The notes: a model not told the origin generated them from the letters alone. 64,000 nt of DNA from Candidatus Eiseniibacteriota bacterium (GCA_963702435.1 CAVPCR010000001.1:1152001-1216000); one strand, 5' to 3'; shown: positions 28,363 to 39,126, counted from the first letter of the stretch. Numbers and translations: made by a program.

Positions 28363-29741
28363 CTACACCTCGCCGGCCGGCTCGGGCCCGGGCCCGGCCA
28401 CCAAGCCGCGCGCTGCGGCGCGCCCCGCCACCGTGCCGCTCGACCACGCCCACTGGAAGTTGAATCCGCCGAGCCGCCCCTCGACATCGAGGATCTCGCC
28501 GCACAGATAGACGCCGGCGCAGCAGCGGGACTCGAGGGTCGATGGGTTCACCTCGGCGAGCGCGACGCCGCCGGCGGTCACCTCGGCCTTCTCGAAGCCG
28601 AGCGTGCCGCTGACCGGGAGCGGCCGCGCGAGGACGAGCGCGAGGAGCCGGGCGCGCATCGCGCGCGGCACCTGGGCCAGGGGCGTCGCCGCATCGAGAC
28701 CGGCCTCGGCGCAGAGTGCGGTGGCGAGCCGCTCGGGGAGCCGTGCCGCGAGATGCCGGCGTACGGTGAGGCGGGGCGCCCGGGCTTTGGCCAGCCACTC
28801 AGCCTCGATCTCGGCCCGCGTCCGCCCGGGCGCGAGGCTCATCGTCACCAGGACGTCCGCCCGCCCCTGCGCCCTGAGCCAGTGCCGCGAAAGATCGAGC
28901 GCGACGGGCCCCGAGTAGCCGAAGTGGGTGAATAGGAGCGATCCCTGCGCCCGCCACGCGACGCGGCCTGCGCACCACAGGGAGAGCTCGGCCTCGACGG
29001 CGAGTCCCTGCAGGGCAGCGCACAGCGGATCGGGGGAGGCGAGCGGCGTGAGCGCCGGCACCGGCGGCACGAGCGTGTGGCCGAGCGACTGCGCGAGCGC
29101 GTAGCCCGTGCCGTCGCTCCCGGTGCGGGGGAAGGAGAGCCCGCCGGCGGCGAGGACGATCGCAGATGCGATGACCCACTCGTCCGGCTCGGCGGCGGGA
29201 AGCGGCCACCCGAGGCGACCGGCCTCGGCCACCTCGCCGCCGAGATCGGCGCTTGCCCGCACGCGCTGGATCCCGAGCCGGAAACGCGCCGCGTCCCCCC
29301 GCCGCCGGTGCTCCTCCGCTCGATCCGGATCACGCGCGCACCGCGCCGCACCTCGACGCCGGCGCGCACGCCGGCGCCAAGGAGCGCATCGAGCACGGTC
29401 CGTGCTTCGTCACTCACCGGAAACAGCTTTCCCGTGTCCTCGACCTTGAGCGCCACTCCGAGATCGCGCTCGAACCAGGTGCGCGTCTCCTCGGCACCGA
29501 AGGCGCGCAGGATGCGCGCCACCACCCGCTGCGAACCGCCGCAGAAATCACGCTCACTGACCGCGCGATGCGTCACGTTGCAGCGAGTGCCGCCCGACAT
29601 GAGGATCTTGAGACCGATCTCGGGGTGCGCATTGAGGAGAACAACGCGCGCCCCGCTCTGCGCGGCGCGGATCGCAGCGGTCAGGCCGGCGGCGCCGGCG
29701 CCGACGACGGCGACAACGGCGGTGGTACGCGGACGCATCAT
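28363..29741 (-). pseudogene. HI0933/YhiN/BaiN-family flavoprotein, frameshifted at a homopolymer (29295-29300)
   Basis: GAGAAG and KILMSGGTRCNVT in one frame; GGLSFPRTGSDGTGY and GEILDVEGRLGGFNFQWAWSSG in the next; one extra G in the G6 run joins them. Confidence 0.88.
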
Positions 29742-29849
29742 GGGGGCAAGGGTAGCGGATCGCGGGCGGCGGGGCGGCGGCAGGAAAGCAAGGCCCCGGC
29801 GACCAGCGGGTCCGCCGGGGCTCCTTGCTGCCGGGACAGGGAAACGGCG

Positions 29850-29902
29850 CTACCTGACGAGCGCCGTAGTTACTTGACGAGTTGCGGCACTCACTTGACG
29901 AG
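29850..29902. repeat. Three 12-nt direct repeats spaced 20-21 nt apart
   Basis: CTACCTGACGAG (29850), TTACTTGACGAG (29870), TCACTTGACGAG (29891). Confidence 0.75.
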
Positions 29903-32011
29903 CACCATCGGCTGCACGGCCACGGTCCCGCCGGCGCTCAGGCGGGCGTAGAAGACACCGGCCGGCACGCTCATGCCTTGAGCGTCCTTGCCGTCCCAGG
30001 CCACCTCCTGGGTGCCCGCGGGCAGGTCGCCCTCGCGCAGGGTGCGCACGAGGCGTCCCGCCGCATCATAGACGTCGAGGCGAGCGGACATCCCCGCGGC
30101 CAGCTCGACCGGGATCACCACCGAGCGCGAGAAGGGATTCGGCCGCGTCGGCATGAGCTGGACCCGGGACGTCGGCGGCGCGCCGGCGACGCCGAGAACC
30201 GTGTTCTGCGGACCGGTCGTGGCCGCAGCCACCTCGGTGCCGGTCCCCGGCCGGAAGAGGCCGAGCGTCGCGTCGAGCGCGGCCGGCGGCGCCTCGGCGT
30301 CGAAGCGGAAGTTGAACATGTAGCCGAACACGAGCGCGTGCGCATTCGGATTCTGGTCGAAGGTCTCGGTGCTCCAGGTGAGCGTCGAACCGTCGAGGGT
30401 GACCTGCCAGTCGTTGCCGGCATCGGCGTCGTTGTCATGGAAGCCGAGGTTCGTGATGCCGGGAACCCCGACCACCGGCAGCCTGAAGGAACGGATCTCA
30501 CGGTCCGAGTCCTTGTTGAGAAGCGCGTACTCGTAATGCCAGGCGCCGTTGCCGAGGTCGGTCACCCGCACGGCAAGCAGGACCTCGCCGTCGCCGGCGG
30601 CCGCATTGACCGTAGTCTGCTGATCACCCCACCGCCCGAGGGCCGGCCCCTCGAGCAGCGCGTTGTTCAAGGAGGGCGTCGTGAAGCTCCACACGCTCCC
30701 GCTCCAGCCCATGGTGCAACGGCGGGATCCCCAGTTGTTCATCCGGCTTCCGTCGTCGCGCACCACGTAGTAGGCCTCGTAGTAGTACTCCGCTCCCGCG
30801 TTGCCAAGATCGGCGTCCTGGACCACGAGCCGGTGATCGACCGGGCCGTGGCCGCTCGAGCCATGCCGGCGCACGCAGTCGGGCTGGCCGCCCGAGAAGT
30901 GCGATCCGGTGCACTCCCAGGTGCCGAGGTAGGGATCGACCTCGTTGCGCGGGCCGAGGTAGTTGCGGTCCGAGTTGTTGCCCGGCCCATACGTGTCCGA
31001 GCAGCCGACCCCGAGGAAGGTGCCGTTCGAGGGATGCTGGCAGGCAGTGCACTGGCTGTTCGACAGCGCATAGAACCCGTGCTTCATCCACGACACGCCG
31101 ATCTGCTCGAAGCGTCCGTCCTTGAGCCGGTAGAGCGCCATGTGGATGAGCGGATGATCCTCCTGCATGGGAGCGAGCCACGGCACGTCGACCGTGCCCA
31201 CGTTGCAGCTCGTCGTGGCCATGGTCAGGCCGGTCACCCCGTTCGGATAGGTGCCCTCGCGCCCGGCCTGCTGGATCGCGTCGAGGATCCCGAGCTTCAC
31301 ATCGGGCTGGCTCGAATCGAAGTCGGGCACGTAGGGCGCGGGCTCGATGCCATGGGCGGCCACGAGGTCGACCTGGGCCACTACCTCGGCCAGGCCCACG
31401 AACCACCCGGCGAGGTCGGGACGGCCGATGCGCTCGGCCCACGGCTTGCTCACGCGGGCATTCAGGTAATGGATGTAGAGCAGACGCGCGTCCCGGTCGA
31501 AGTGGAACATCGAGTCGTGCATCTCGAAGACGAGGGGCTGGTCGGCCCCCGCCGCGCGCAGGTAGAGCGAGGGGAGGACGGCGCGATCATCGGGCGAGTA
31601 CGACTGCGGATCGATGTACGCGATCTCCGGCGCATCGATCACCTCGCGCTCGCCGGTCGCCGTGTTGACCATGGTGAAGGCGCCGCGCAGGCGGATGGCA
31701 CCGCCGTCGATCCCGCCCGGCACCGGAACGCCGGCCAGGGTGCGGAACTCGAGGTCGGAGCTCCCGTCGATGGCGAAGGTCCAGTTGGGGTGCTCCATCG
31801 GCTTGACCGATTCCCTGGACAGGGCACCGCTGACATCGGTGATCTCGATGCCGAGGTCCTTGAGCAGGTGGGTATTGAAGTGAATCGACGTGTCGCCCGC
31901 CCGCACGGCCCAGATCTCTTCCGCTGCCGCTTGACCGCCGGACAGGGCCAGGACGCCCAGGACAAACGCCAGGAGCGCCGGAACGACTTTCAGCATCGAA
32001 GTCTCGCGCAT
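29891..32011 (-). CDS. Secreted 706-aa protein with a lysyl-oxidase-like core and FlgD-Ig/T9SS-like C-terminal domain
   Basis: Signal peptide; Cys-rich core; C-terminus PNPFSRS...VYDAAGRLVRTL...WDGKD...AGVFYARL. Confidence 0.85.
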   Translation of the reverse strand: MRETSMLKVVPALLAFVLGVLALSGGQAAAEEIWAVRAGDTSIHFNTHLLKDLGIEITDVSGALSRESVKPMEHPNWTFAIDGSSDLEFRTLAGVPVPGGIDGGAIRLRGAFTMVNTATGEREVIDAPEIAYIDPQSYSPDDRAVLPSLYLRAAGADQPLVFEMHDSMFHFDRDARLLYIHYLNARVSKPWAERIGRPDLAGWFVGLAEVVAQVDLVAAHGIEPAPYVPDFDSSQPDVKLGILDAIQQAGREGTYPNGVTGLTMATTSCNVGTVDVPWLAPMQEDHPLIHMALYRLKDGRFEQIGVSWMKHGFYALSNSQCTACQHPSNGTFLGVGCSDTYGPGNNSDRNYLGPRNEVDPYLGTWECTGSHFSGGQPDCVRRHGSSGHGPVDHRLVVQDADLGNAGAEYYYEAYYVVRDDGSRMNNWGSRRCTMGWSGSVWSFTTPSLNNALLEGPALGRWGDQQTTVNAAAGDGEVLLAVRVTDLGNGAWHYEYALLNKDSDREIRSFRLPVVGVPGITNLGFHDNDADAGNDWQVTLDGSTLTWSTETFDQNPNAHALVFGYMFNFRFDAEAPPAALDATLGLFRPGTGTEVAAATTGPQNTVLGVAGAPPTSRVQLMPTRPNPFSRSVVIPVELAAGMSARLDVYDAAGRLVRTLREGDLPAGTQEVAWDGKDAQGMSVPAGVFYARLSAGGTVAVQPMVLVK

Positions 32012-32127
32012 GAATTCCTCTTCGATTTCGATCGATGGTGGCTGGGGGTGACCTGCTGACCGCCGGGACCGGGACAGGAGGGAATAGCCGATTCATTACC
32101 AGCATACCTCTACGGGCTGCGGGCCGA

Positions 32128-32180
32128 CAACAAGCGATCGGCGGCATCTTCGAAGATCGGTGCCGCCATCGCAGTTGTTG
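32128..32180. other. Imperfect inverted repeat of about 53 nt
   Basis: CAACAAGCGATCGGCGGCATCTTC / GAAGATCGGTGCCGCCATCGCAGTTGTTG centred on the palindrome ATCTTCGAAGAT. Confidence 0.6.
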
Positions 32181-32227
32181 CTATGTTCATGAATGTGTCA
32201 ACAAAGCACCCCGACCCAGCCGCTCCC

Positions 32228-32392
32228 TCACCTCCCCCGCATGCGGGACTTGATCGCTCCCCACGTCGCGGCATCGACCGGAATCGCCCCGCAGCCCACC
32301 GGGAGGGCCCCGATGAGACCACAACCGCCCGAGCGGGCCGGTGCGCAAATCGGCTTTGTAGATTCCGGCCCGCGGCAGGTCCCGCCGCTCAT
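32228..32392 (-). CDS. 54-aa Cys-rich ORF or gene remnant homologous to the C-terminal tail of the 39291-40445 protein
   Basis: [58 protein letters not shown] overlap with the RND stop; 26/38 identity by hand alignment to the beta-helix tail. Confidence 0.6.
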   Translation of the reverse strand: MSGGTCRGPESTKPICAPARSGGCGLIGALPVGCGAIPVDAATWGAIKSRMRGR

Positions 32393-35300
32393 GCCTCGGC
32401 GGCCGGCCCCGGCGCGAGCCCCGCCGCCCCGGTTGCCGGCCCCGCCGCCACCCGCGCCGCCGCGATCCGCCCCCGCCCTTCCTCCTCCTCCTCGCGCGCC
32501 CTCTCCTCGGCCTCCTGCCGCTCCCGCCCCAACCGCCGCTTGACCCAGCCGCCGGCGTCGTCGAGGAAGGTGTAGACGACGGGCACTACGACGAGCGTCA
32601 GGAGCGTCGAGGCGATGAGCCCGCCGATCACGGCGCGCGCCATCGGGGCGCGGAACTCGGCGCCGGCCCCGAGCGCGAGCGCGATCGGCATCATGCCGAA
32701 GATCATGGCGAGCGTCGTCATCACGATCGGGCGGAGCCGGGTCTCGCCGGCATCGATCAGCGCCCGCCGCCGATCGGAGCCGTGCGCCCGCGCCTGGTTC
32801 GCGAAGTCGACGAGCAGGATCGCGTTCTTGGTCACGAGCCCCATCAGGAGGATGAGACCGATCATGCTCATGAGGTTGAACGTCGATCCCGTGGCGAGAA
32901 GGCCGAGGAAGACACCGACCATGGACAGGGGGAGCGAGAGCATGATGGCGAGCGGCTGCAGGAAGGCGCCGAACTGGCTCGCCAGGATCAGGTAGATGAA
33001 GACGATGGCGAGGATGAGGCTCTCGATGATGTAGTGCACGGTCTCGCCGAAATGCTCTGACTCTCCACCGAGCACCATCCGGTAGCCGGGTGGCATGTCG
33101 ATCGCCTTCGCCGCGCGCTCGATGTCGCCGCTCACCTCGGTCAGCGTGCGCCCGTAGTAGTTGGCCTCGAGCGCGACCAGCCGCTCGAGGTTCCGCCGTT
33201 CGATCTTCTGCGGGCCGCTCGACTCGGCAAGCTGCGCGATGTGGCCGAGCGTGATGAGCTGCGGCGCACCGGTCCGGGGATCGATCTTCCCGGTCAGGAG
33301 CGGCAGGCGGGCGAGCGCCGCCGTCGAGGTGCGGGCCGCATCCGGCAGGCGCACGATGACCGGATGTTGCTCGCCGTCGGGATCCTCCCAGTTCCCCACC
33401 TCCTGGCCGGCGAGGGCCGGCCGCAGCGTCTGCGCCACGGCCGTCACACCGAGCCCCAGGTCGCTGGCGAGATCCCGTCGCAAGTCGACGCGGAGCTCGG
33501 GCCGATCGGCCTCGAGGCCCGACTCGACCTCGATGAGACCGGGGGTCGCGCGCATCTTGACGAGGAGCTCGTCCGAGATGCGCCGGAGCTCGTCGAGCTG
33601 CGGCCCGCTCACGTAGACCTGCACCGGCTTCTCCGCGCCGCCGAAACCGCCCGATGTCAGGATCGACACGCGCAGCCCGGGCAGCGCCCCCAGCTCGCGG
33701 CGGAGCACATCCTCGAGCTCGAACTGGCTCAACTCGCGCTTCCGCTTCGGCACGAGCTTCACGTACATCTCGGCCTCGTTGACCTGTCCTTCCCAGCCGC
33801 CGCCCACGGCCGAATAGGAGTAGTCCACTTCCGGATGGCGCTCGACGAGGATGGCCACCTCGCGCACGCGCTCCTGCGTGTAGGCGAGGCTCGAGCCGAC
33901 CGGCGTCTTCACGATCACCGCGAACTCGCTCTCGTCCGACTTGGGCATGAAGTCGCCGCCGATGAACGGGAAGAGGGCGAGCGCCCCGATGAACGACGCA
34001 GCGGCGATGCCGAGCGTCGCCAGGCGATGCGCGAGGGCCCAGCCGATGACGCGGCGATAGCGGCGCCCGAGCCCGACGAAGCCCTCGTTGAAGCGCTCGA
34101 TCGCGCGTCCGAACCGGCCGTGCTCGGCGACGCCGGCCGCGACCGGGTCGTACCAGACCGAGGACAGCATGGGGTCGAGAGTGAAGGAGACGAAGAGGCT
34201 CACCAGGACGGCGAAGGTGACCGTGATGCCGAACTCGTAGAAGAACTTGCCGACGATGCCGCCCATGAAGGCGACCGGCACGAAGACGGCGACGATCGTG
34301 AAGGTGGTGGCCATGACGGCGAGGCCGATCTCGCTCGTGCCCTTGATCGCCGCGGTGTGATGGTCCTCCCCGCGTTGCAGGTGGCGGACGATGTTCTCGC
34401 GGACGACGATCGCGTCGTCGATCAGGATGCCGGTGGCGAGCGAGAGCGCCATCAGGGTCATCATGTTGATGGTGAACCCGAAGGCGTAGATGGCGAGGAA
34501 AGCGCTGATCAGCGACACCGGCAAGGTGAGGCCCGTGATCACGGTCGAGCGCCACGAGTTGAGGAATAGAAAGACGACGAGCACGGTCAGAAGCGCGCCG
34601 ATCACGATCGTCGTCTGCACGTCCTCGACCGAGTCGCGGATCCACACCGAGTTGTCGCGCACGATGCCGAGCTCGGCTCCTTCCGGGAGGAGGGCGCGCA
34701 GCTGGGGCAGCGCTTCCTTGATCGTCTCCGCCACCTCGACCGTGTTGGCGCCCGAGACCTTGCGTATCTCTAGCGCCACGGCGGGATCGGCGCCGACGAA
34801 GGCCGCCGAGCGCACCTCCTCCGCCCCATCGCGCGGGGTCGCCACCTCGCCGAGGCGGACGACGCGGCCGCCGCGCTGCGCGACGGCGATCGCGGCGAAG
34901 TCCTGCGGGCTCTCGAGCCGCCCCTCGAGGCGGACGAGGCGCTCGCCGGGCCCCCACTCGAGGCGGCCGGCCGGCACCTCCCGATTCTCGCTCCCGGCCG
35001 CCGCCATCACCTCGGCGACCGAGACCTGGCTCCCGGCGAGGCGATCCGGGTCGAGCTCGATAACCACCGCGCGCTTCTCGCCGCCCACGACCGAGACCTG
35101 ACCGACGCCGTTCACCGCCTCGAGCCGCTTCTTGAGCGTCTCCTCGGCGAGGGTCGTGAGCTCGCGACGGCTCTGCTTCTCCGAGCGCAGGGCGAGCGAA
35201 ACGATCGGGATCTCGCCCGGATCGAAGCGGAGGACGAGCGGTACCTCGATGTCCTCGGGCAGCTCGGCGCGGATCGACTCGATCTTGGTGCGCACGTCCT

Positions 35301-35616
35301 GCTGCGCATCGAGGCTGCTGACGTCGAGCTCGAACATGACGACGACGCTCGACAGCCCCTCGAGCGAGGTCGAGGTGACCTCGCGCACCCCCTCGATCGG
35401 GTTCACCACCTCCTCGACGCGGCGGGTCACCTCGCGCTCGACCGCCTCGGGCGACGCGCCCGGGTAGACCGTCTGCACGACGATCACCGGGAAGTCGACG
35501 TCCGGCCACAGGTCGATGTTCAGGCGGCGGTAGGAGAAGATGCCGAGGGTGGCGAGCGCCACCATCATCATGGTCGCGAAGACCGGCCGCTTGATCGAGA
35601 CTTCGGAGAGGAACAT
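32389..35616 (-). CDS. RND efflux permease (AcrB/AcrD/AcrF family)
   Basis: [45 protein letters not shown]; 1075 aa. Confidence 0.97.
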   Translation of the reverse strand: MFLSEVSIKRPVFATMMMVALATLGIFSYRRLNIDLWPDVDFPVIVVQTVYPGASPEAVEREVTRRVEEVVNPIEGVREVTSTSLEGLSSVVVMFELDVSSLDAQQDVRTKIESIRAELPEDIEVPLVLRFDPGEIPIVSLALRSEKQSRRELTTLAEETLKKRLEAVNGVGQVSVVGGEKRAVVIELDPDRLAGSQVSVAEVMAAAGSENREVPAGRLEWGPGERLVRLEGRLESPQDFAAIAVAQRGGRVVRLGEVATPRDGAEEVRSAAFVGADPAVALEIRKVSGANTVEVAETIKEALPQLRALLPEGAELGIVRDNSVWIRDSVEDVQTTIVIGALLTVLVVFLFLNSWRSTVITGLTLPVSLISAFLAIYAFGFTINMMTLMALSLATGILIDDAIVVRENIVRHLQRGEDHHTAAIKGTSEIGLAVMATTFTIVAVFVPVAFMGGIVGKFFYEFGITVTFAVLVSLFVSFTLDPMLSSVWYDPVAAGVAEHGRFGRAIERFNEGFVGLGRRYRRVIGWALAHRLATLGIAAASFIGALALFPFIGGDFMPKSDESEFAVIVKTPVGSSLAYTQERVREVAILVERHPEVDYSYSAVGGGWEGQVNEAEMYVKLVPKRKRELSQFELEDVLRRELGALPGLRVSILTSGGFGGAEKPVQVYVSGPQLDELRRISDELLVKMRATPGLIEVESGLEADRPELRVDLRRDLASDLGLGVTAVAQTLRPALAGQEVGNWEDPDGEQHPVIVRLPDAARTSTAALARLPLLTGKIDPRTGAPQLITLGHIAQLAESSGPQKIERRNLERLVALEANYYGRTLTEVSGDIERAAKAIDMPPGYRMVLGGESEHFGETVHYIIESLILAIVFIYLILASQFGAFLQPLAIMLSLPLSMVGVFLGLLATGSTFNLMSMIGLILLMGLVTKNAILLVDFANQARAHGSDRRRALIDAGETRLRPIVMTTLAMIFGMMPIALALGAGAEFRAPMARAVIGGLIASTLLTLVVVPVVYTFLDDAGGWVKRRLGRERQEAEERAREEEEEGRGRIAAARVAAGPATGAAGLAPGPAAEA

Positions 35617-35619
35617 GAC

Positions 35620-36843
35620 CTAGCGTCCTTCCGCGGCTTCCGCGGCTTCTGCGCCTTCCGCGGCTTCTGCGCCTTCCGCGGCTTCTGCGCCTTCCGCGGC
35701 TTCCGCGCCTGCCGCGGCCTCGGCGCCGCTCAGGCGCACCACGAGTCCCGCCCTGAGCCCGGGCACGCTGCCCGCGAGGAGCGAATCGCCGGCGGCGAGC
35801 GCGCCCTCGACCTGGACGAGCCCGGCCGCCTCGTCGGCGAGGCCGGTCACGACCGGCACCCGCACCGCCTTCCCGCCGCGCACGGCGTAGACCGCGCTCG
35901 CGCCGTCCTCCTGGCGGAGCGCGCCGACCGGGACCGCGATCGCGCTCTCGACCACCGCGTCGATCACCCGCCCGGAGGCGAAGAGTCCGCCGACGAGGGC
36001 GCGGTCCTTGTTCTCGAATCGCGCGTAGATCTGCACCTGGCGCGTTCCCGGCTCGGTGACCGGGTTGACGCGCGCCACTTCCCCGGTGAACAAGCGATCG
36101 GGAAACGCGTCGACCTGGAAGCGCACCTGACTCCCGACCCGCACGCGCGCCAGCGCATCGGCAGGGATCGCGGCCGAGAGCTCGAGGGTCGCAGTGTCCA
36201 CGATCTCGAGGAGCGGATCGCCGATGGCGACATGGTCGCCCGGATGGACGAAGCGGCGGCTCACCTCCCCCGCGAAGGGACTCGGGACACCGAGACGAGC
36301 GAGGTCGTCGGTCGCGCGATTGAAGGCGGCCTCGGCGAGGCGCACGCGCGCGGCCGCCGCCTCTCCGGCGGCCTGCGCCATTTCGAGCTCCGAGGGCGAA
36401 GCAGCACCCGCCTTGAGGAGACGCTCAGCGCGGCCGAGATCGCCCTCCGCGGCGATCGCCGCCGAGCGCGCGGCGAGGAGATCCGCCTCGGCGGCCGTAT
36501 GGCGGTCGCGCGTGTCTCCCGGCTCGTAGCGCGCGAGCGGCTGGCCCGCGCGCACCCGCTCGCCCTCGCGCACGAGCACGGCCTCGAGATCGCCGTCGAT
36601 CTGCGCCTTGACCGTGACCGAGAGGTTGGGGCGGAGCTCCCCCGTGAAGGGGACTCCCGCCTCGAGCCGCCGGAGCTCGGCCCGCGCCACCCGATCCGGC
36701 GCCACGATGAGTGCCGTGTCGTCCCCGTTGTCCGCCTCTGGCGAGCGACCGCACCCGGTCACGAGCAAGAGCGCCGCGGCGCCGGCACCGGCCAGGAGCC
36801 GCCTCGCGTGCATCGCGTGCATGAACTTCGTCCTTCCCATCAC
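35620..36843 (-). CDS. RND periplasmic adaptor (membrane fusion protein), lipoprotein
   Basis: Lipobox LLVTGC, VREGERVRAGQPL, SPFAGEV lipoyl motifs. Confidence 0.93.
   Translation of the reverse strand: MMGRTKFMHAMHARRLLAGAGAAALLLVTGCGRSPEADNGDDTALIVAPDRVARAELRRLEAGVPFTGELRPNLSVTVKAQIDGDLEAVLVREGERVRAGQPLARYEPGDTRDRHTAAEADLLAARSAAIAAEGDLGRAERLLKAGAASPSELEMAQAAGEAAAARVRLAEAAFNRATDDLARLGVPSPFAGEVSRRFVHPGDHVAIGDPLLEIVDTATLELSAAIPADALARVRVGSQVRFQVDAFPDRLFTGEVARVNPVTEPGTRQVQIYARFENKDRALVGGLFASGRVIDAVVESAIAVPVGALRQEDGASAVYAVRGGKAVRVPVVTGLADEAAGLVQVEGALAAGDSLLAGSVPGLRAGLVVRLSGAEAAAGAEAAEGAEAAEGAEAAEGAEAAEAAEGR
35638..35709. repeat. 18-nt tandem repeat x4 encoding (GAEAAE)n at the MFP C-terminus
   Basis: TTCCGCGGCTTCTGCGCC repeated. 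Confidence 0.9.
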
Positions 36844-38378
36844 CGCTCCTCCCCCGGCGGGGCAATCGGCGGGGCAACCGGCGGCCCGACCAATGTCGTC
36901 AAGTACGGCCGGCCCGTCAGCTTCTCAAGACGCGCGAACGCCACCAGCATGTCGTAGCGCGCCCGCGCCTCGTTGATCCGCGCGACCTGCTCGGAGATGC
37001 GCGCATCGGAGACATTGAACAGATTGGCGGCGCCCTCCGCGAAGCGAAGCCGCGCGAGCTCGTGCACCCGTCCGGCGAACGAGACCGTCTGTTGCCGGCT
37101 GAGGAGATCGGCCCGCGCCCGCTCGAGCTCGCCGACCCGCTGCTCGACCGCGAGCCGGCGCTCCTCGCGCAGGATGGCGAGTCGCTGCTCGTCGGTCTTG
37201 AGCTGAGCCCTGGCCTGGCTCACGCGCCCGCTGGTCAGAAACCCGTCGAAGATCGGCACGTTGACCCGCAAACCGATGGCGAGGTCATCGTTCCAGTCAC
37301 CGCTACCGGGGAAGAACTCGCCCGGGTAGGCCTGCTGGCCATAGGTCGCGAAGAGCGAGACCTCGGGTAGGTACGCACCTCTCGCCACCTTGACGCCTTC
37401 CTCACGCGCCGCCACGGTCTCCTCGATCGTGCGCACGGCCGGGCGCAGCTCGGCGGCGACCGCGAGCGAATCGCGGTCGACGCCCGCGATGTCCGGCACC
37501 GGTGCGCTGGCGGCGAGCAATGTGTCCGCCAGCACGAGCGGCTTGCGCGGCGACAGGTTGAGCAGGCGGCGCAGGTTCAGGTAGGTGAGCGAGCGCGCGT
37601 TCTCGGCCTCGACGATGAGCGGCCGCTGGTTGTCGCGCTGCACCTCGGCCTGCAGGAGATCGAAATCGGCGGCCTTCCCCACCTCGTGCCGGAGGCGCAC
37701 GAACTCGTACTGCTCGTTTGCCTGATCGAAGCCCAGCTCGGCGATCGCGACCAGCTCATCGGCGAGCAGTGCGCCGAGATAGGACTCCATCACCCCCTGG
37801 ACGAGGTCGGTCTTCGCGTCGGCGAGCGCGGCGTCCGCCGCGGCGCGCACGTGGCCGGCGGCACGGACCGCTCCGAGGAGCGAACCGCCCTGGTAGACCT
37901 TCTGGGTCAACCCGAGGCTCGCCGCCCAGTTGTTCTCGGCCGCGAAGGGCAGGTCGCTGAAGAGGGAGCTGAGGCCGGAGAGGCCGGCGGTCGGCGTGTT
38001 CTCCTCGAGGTAACGGACCCGCTCCTCGAGCGAGGCGGTGGTGTCCGGCTCGAAGGGCGGCACCGAGACATCGCCGGTGTCGTAGACGCTCGCCAGTTGC
38101 CGCGTGTAGGAGAGACCGGCGGAGAGCTGCGGCAGGATCTGCGCGCGGCTCTGCGTCACAAAGGAGTTCGCGAGTTCGAGCTGCGCCGTGGCGGCCTCGA
38201 CCTCCTCGCTCACTGCGAGCGCGTGTCGCATGGCGTCGGCGAGTCCCAGGCGGAGCGTGTCAACCTGTGCCACCGCGATCTCCTGCGGCGCGATGAGCGG
38301 ACCGCCGGCTGGGTCCGCCGCGAACACCGACCGGGTGATCGCAATCACCACCAGGGTGATGAGTAGACAGTGCCTCAT
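36840..38378 (-). CDS. TolC-family outer membrane efflux protein
   Basis: True start ATG 38378 (MRHCLLITLVVIA signal peptide); two OEP repeats (ARGAYLPEVSL, NVPIFDG). Confidence 0.92.
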   Translation of the reverse strand: MRHCLLITLVVIAITRSVFAADPAGGPLIAPQEIAVAQVDTLRLGLADAMRHALAVSEEVEAATAQLELANSFVTQSRAQILPQLSAGLSYTRQLASVYDTGDVSVPPFEPDTTASLEERVRYLEENTPTAGLSGLSSLFSDLPFAAENNWAASLGLTQKVYQGGSLLGAVRAAGHVRAAADAALADAKTDLVQGVMESYLGALLADELVAIAELGFDQANEQYEFVRLRHEVGKAADFDLLQAEVQRDNQRPLIVEAENARSLTYLNLRRLLNLSPRKPLVLADTLLAASAPVPDIAGVDRDSLAVAAELRPAVRTIEETVAAREEGVKVARGAYLPEVSLFATYGQQAYPGEFFPGSGDWNDDLAIGLRVNVPIFDGFLTSGRVSQARAQLKTDEQRLAILREERRLAVEQRVGELERARADLLSRQQTVSFAGRVHELARLRFAEGAANLFNVSDARISEQVARINEARARYDMLVAFARLEKLTGRPYLTTLVGPPVAPPIAPPGEER

Positions 38379-39104
38379 CCTGCATTCTCCGCCGCGAGCC
38401 CCTCGAGGAGGATCGAGGCCAGGCTCGCCGCCGTGCGCTGGTTGAGCGCCGGCGGCACACCGCACTGGTGCGCCGCCACGTAGAAGTGCACGGCCCCGTG
38501 CATCATCATCACCGCGCAGGAGGGGTCCACGCGGCGGAACTCGCCGCGCCGCTGGCCTTCGCGGATCAGGTCTTCCATGCGGCCGAGGATGCGGTCCCCG
38601 AGCGACTGATAGTCGAAACCGAGAGGCAGCGCCCCCGGATAGGAGAAAACCTGGTAGACGAAGCGGGCGAGCTCGGGCTCCTCGCGACAGAGCCGCACGT
38701 GGGTCGCAATCAGGCTCCGGATGCGGCTCGTGGCCGCGCCGCGGCGAGCCGCCTCGGCCGCGAAGAGCTTGTCGGTCTCCTCGAGAACGTGGCGCAGGAG
38801 CGAGGCGTAGAGCTCCTGCTTGCTCTGGAAGTAGTAGTAGATGACCGGTTTGGTGACGCCTGCCCGCGCCGCGATCTCGCGCATCGAGGTGGCGGAGAAC
38901 CCGCGTTCGGTGAACACGCGCACCGCTGCGCGGAGCACGAGCTCCCGCGTGGTGGGCTCGGTGGGCGACGGGCGCGGGCGGCGGCCCGGGGGGCCGGCGG
39001 ACGCCGGCGGCGCCGGGGCGGGCTGCCGCGGGGCGGGCTGCCGCGGGGCGGGCTGCCGCGAACGATCTCGGGTTTCGGACCGTGGCAGCGCGTGGAGGAA
39101 CCAT
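38375..39104 (-). CDS. TetR-family regulator (apparent +1 frameshift at the C6 run 38988-38993 near the N-terminus)
   Basis: HTH FTERGFSATSMREIAARAGVTKPVIYYYFQSKQEL; the ATG/GTG with RBS at 39104/39110 joins this frame only if one base is removed. Confidence 0.88.
39015..39059. repeat. 15-nt tandem repeat x3 in the tetR 5' region
   Basis: GGGGCGGGCTGCCGC x3. Confidence 0.85.
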
Positions 39105-39126
39105 GCGCACTCAACCTCTGGGGAAT

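Noticed and set aside
29850..29902. Mini CRISPR-like array
   Set aside because: Repeats of 12 nt and spacers of 8-9 nt are far too short, and no cas genes are present
32228..35509. 1093-aa alternative-frame ORF and other long shadow ORFs (e.g. 29882-32059 +, 43454-46207 +)
   Set aside because: Arg/Pro/Gly-rich products of stop-poor high-GC DNA overlapping clear genes; only the last 54 codons of the 32228 frame look like real protein
36840..39110. 756-aa N-terminally extended TolC
   Set aside because: The extension is the off-frame reading of tetR; TolC has its own ATG and signal peptide at 38378
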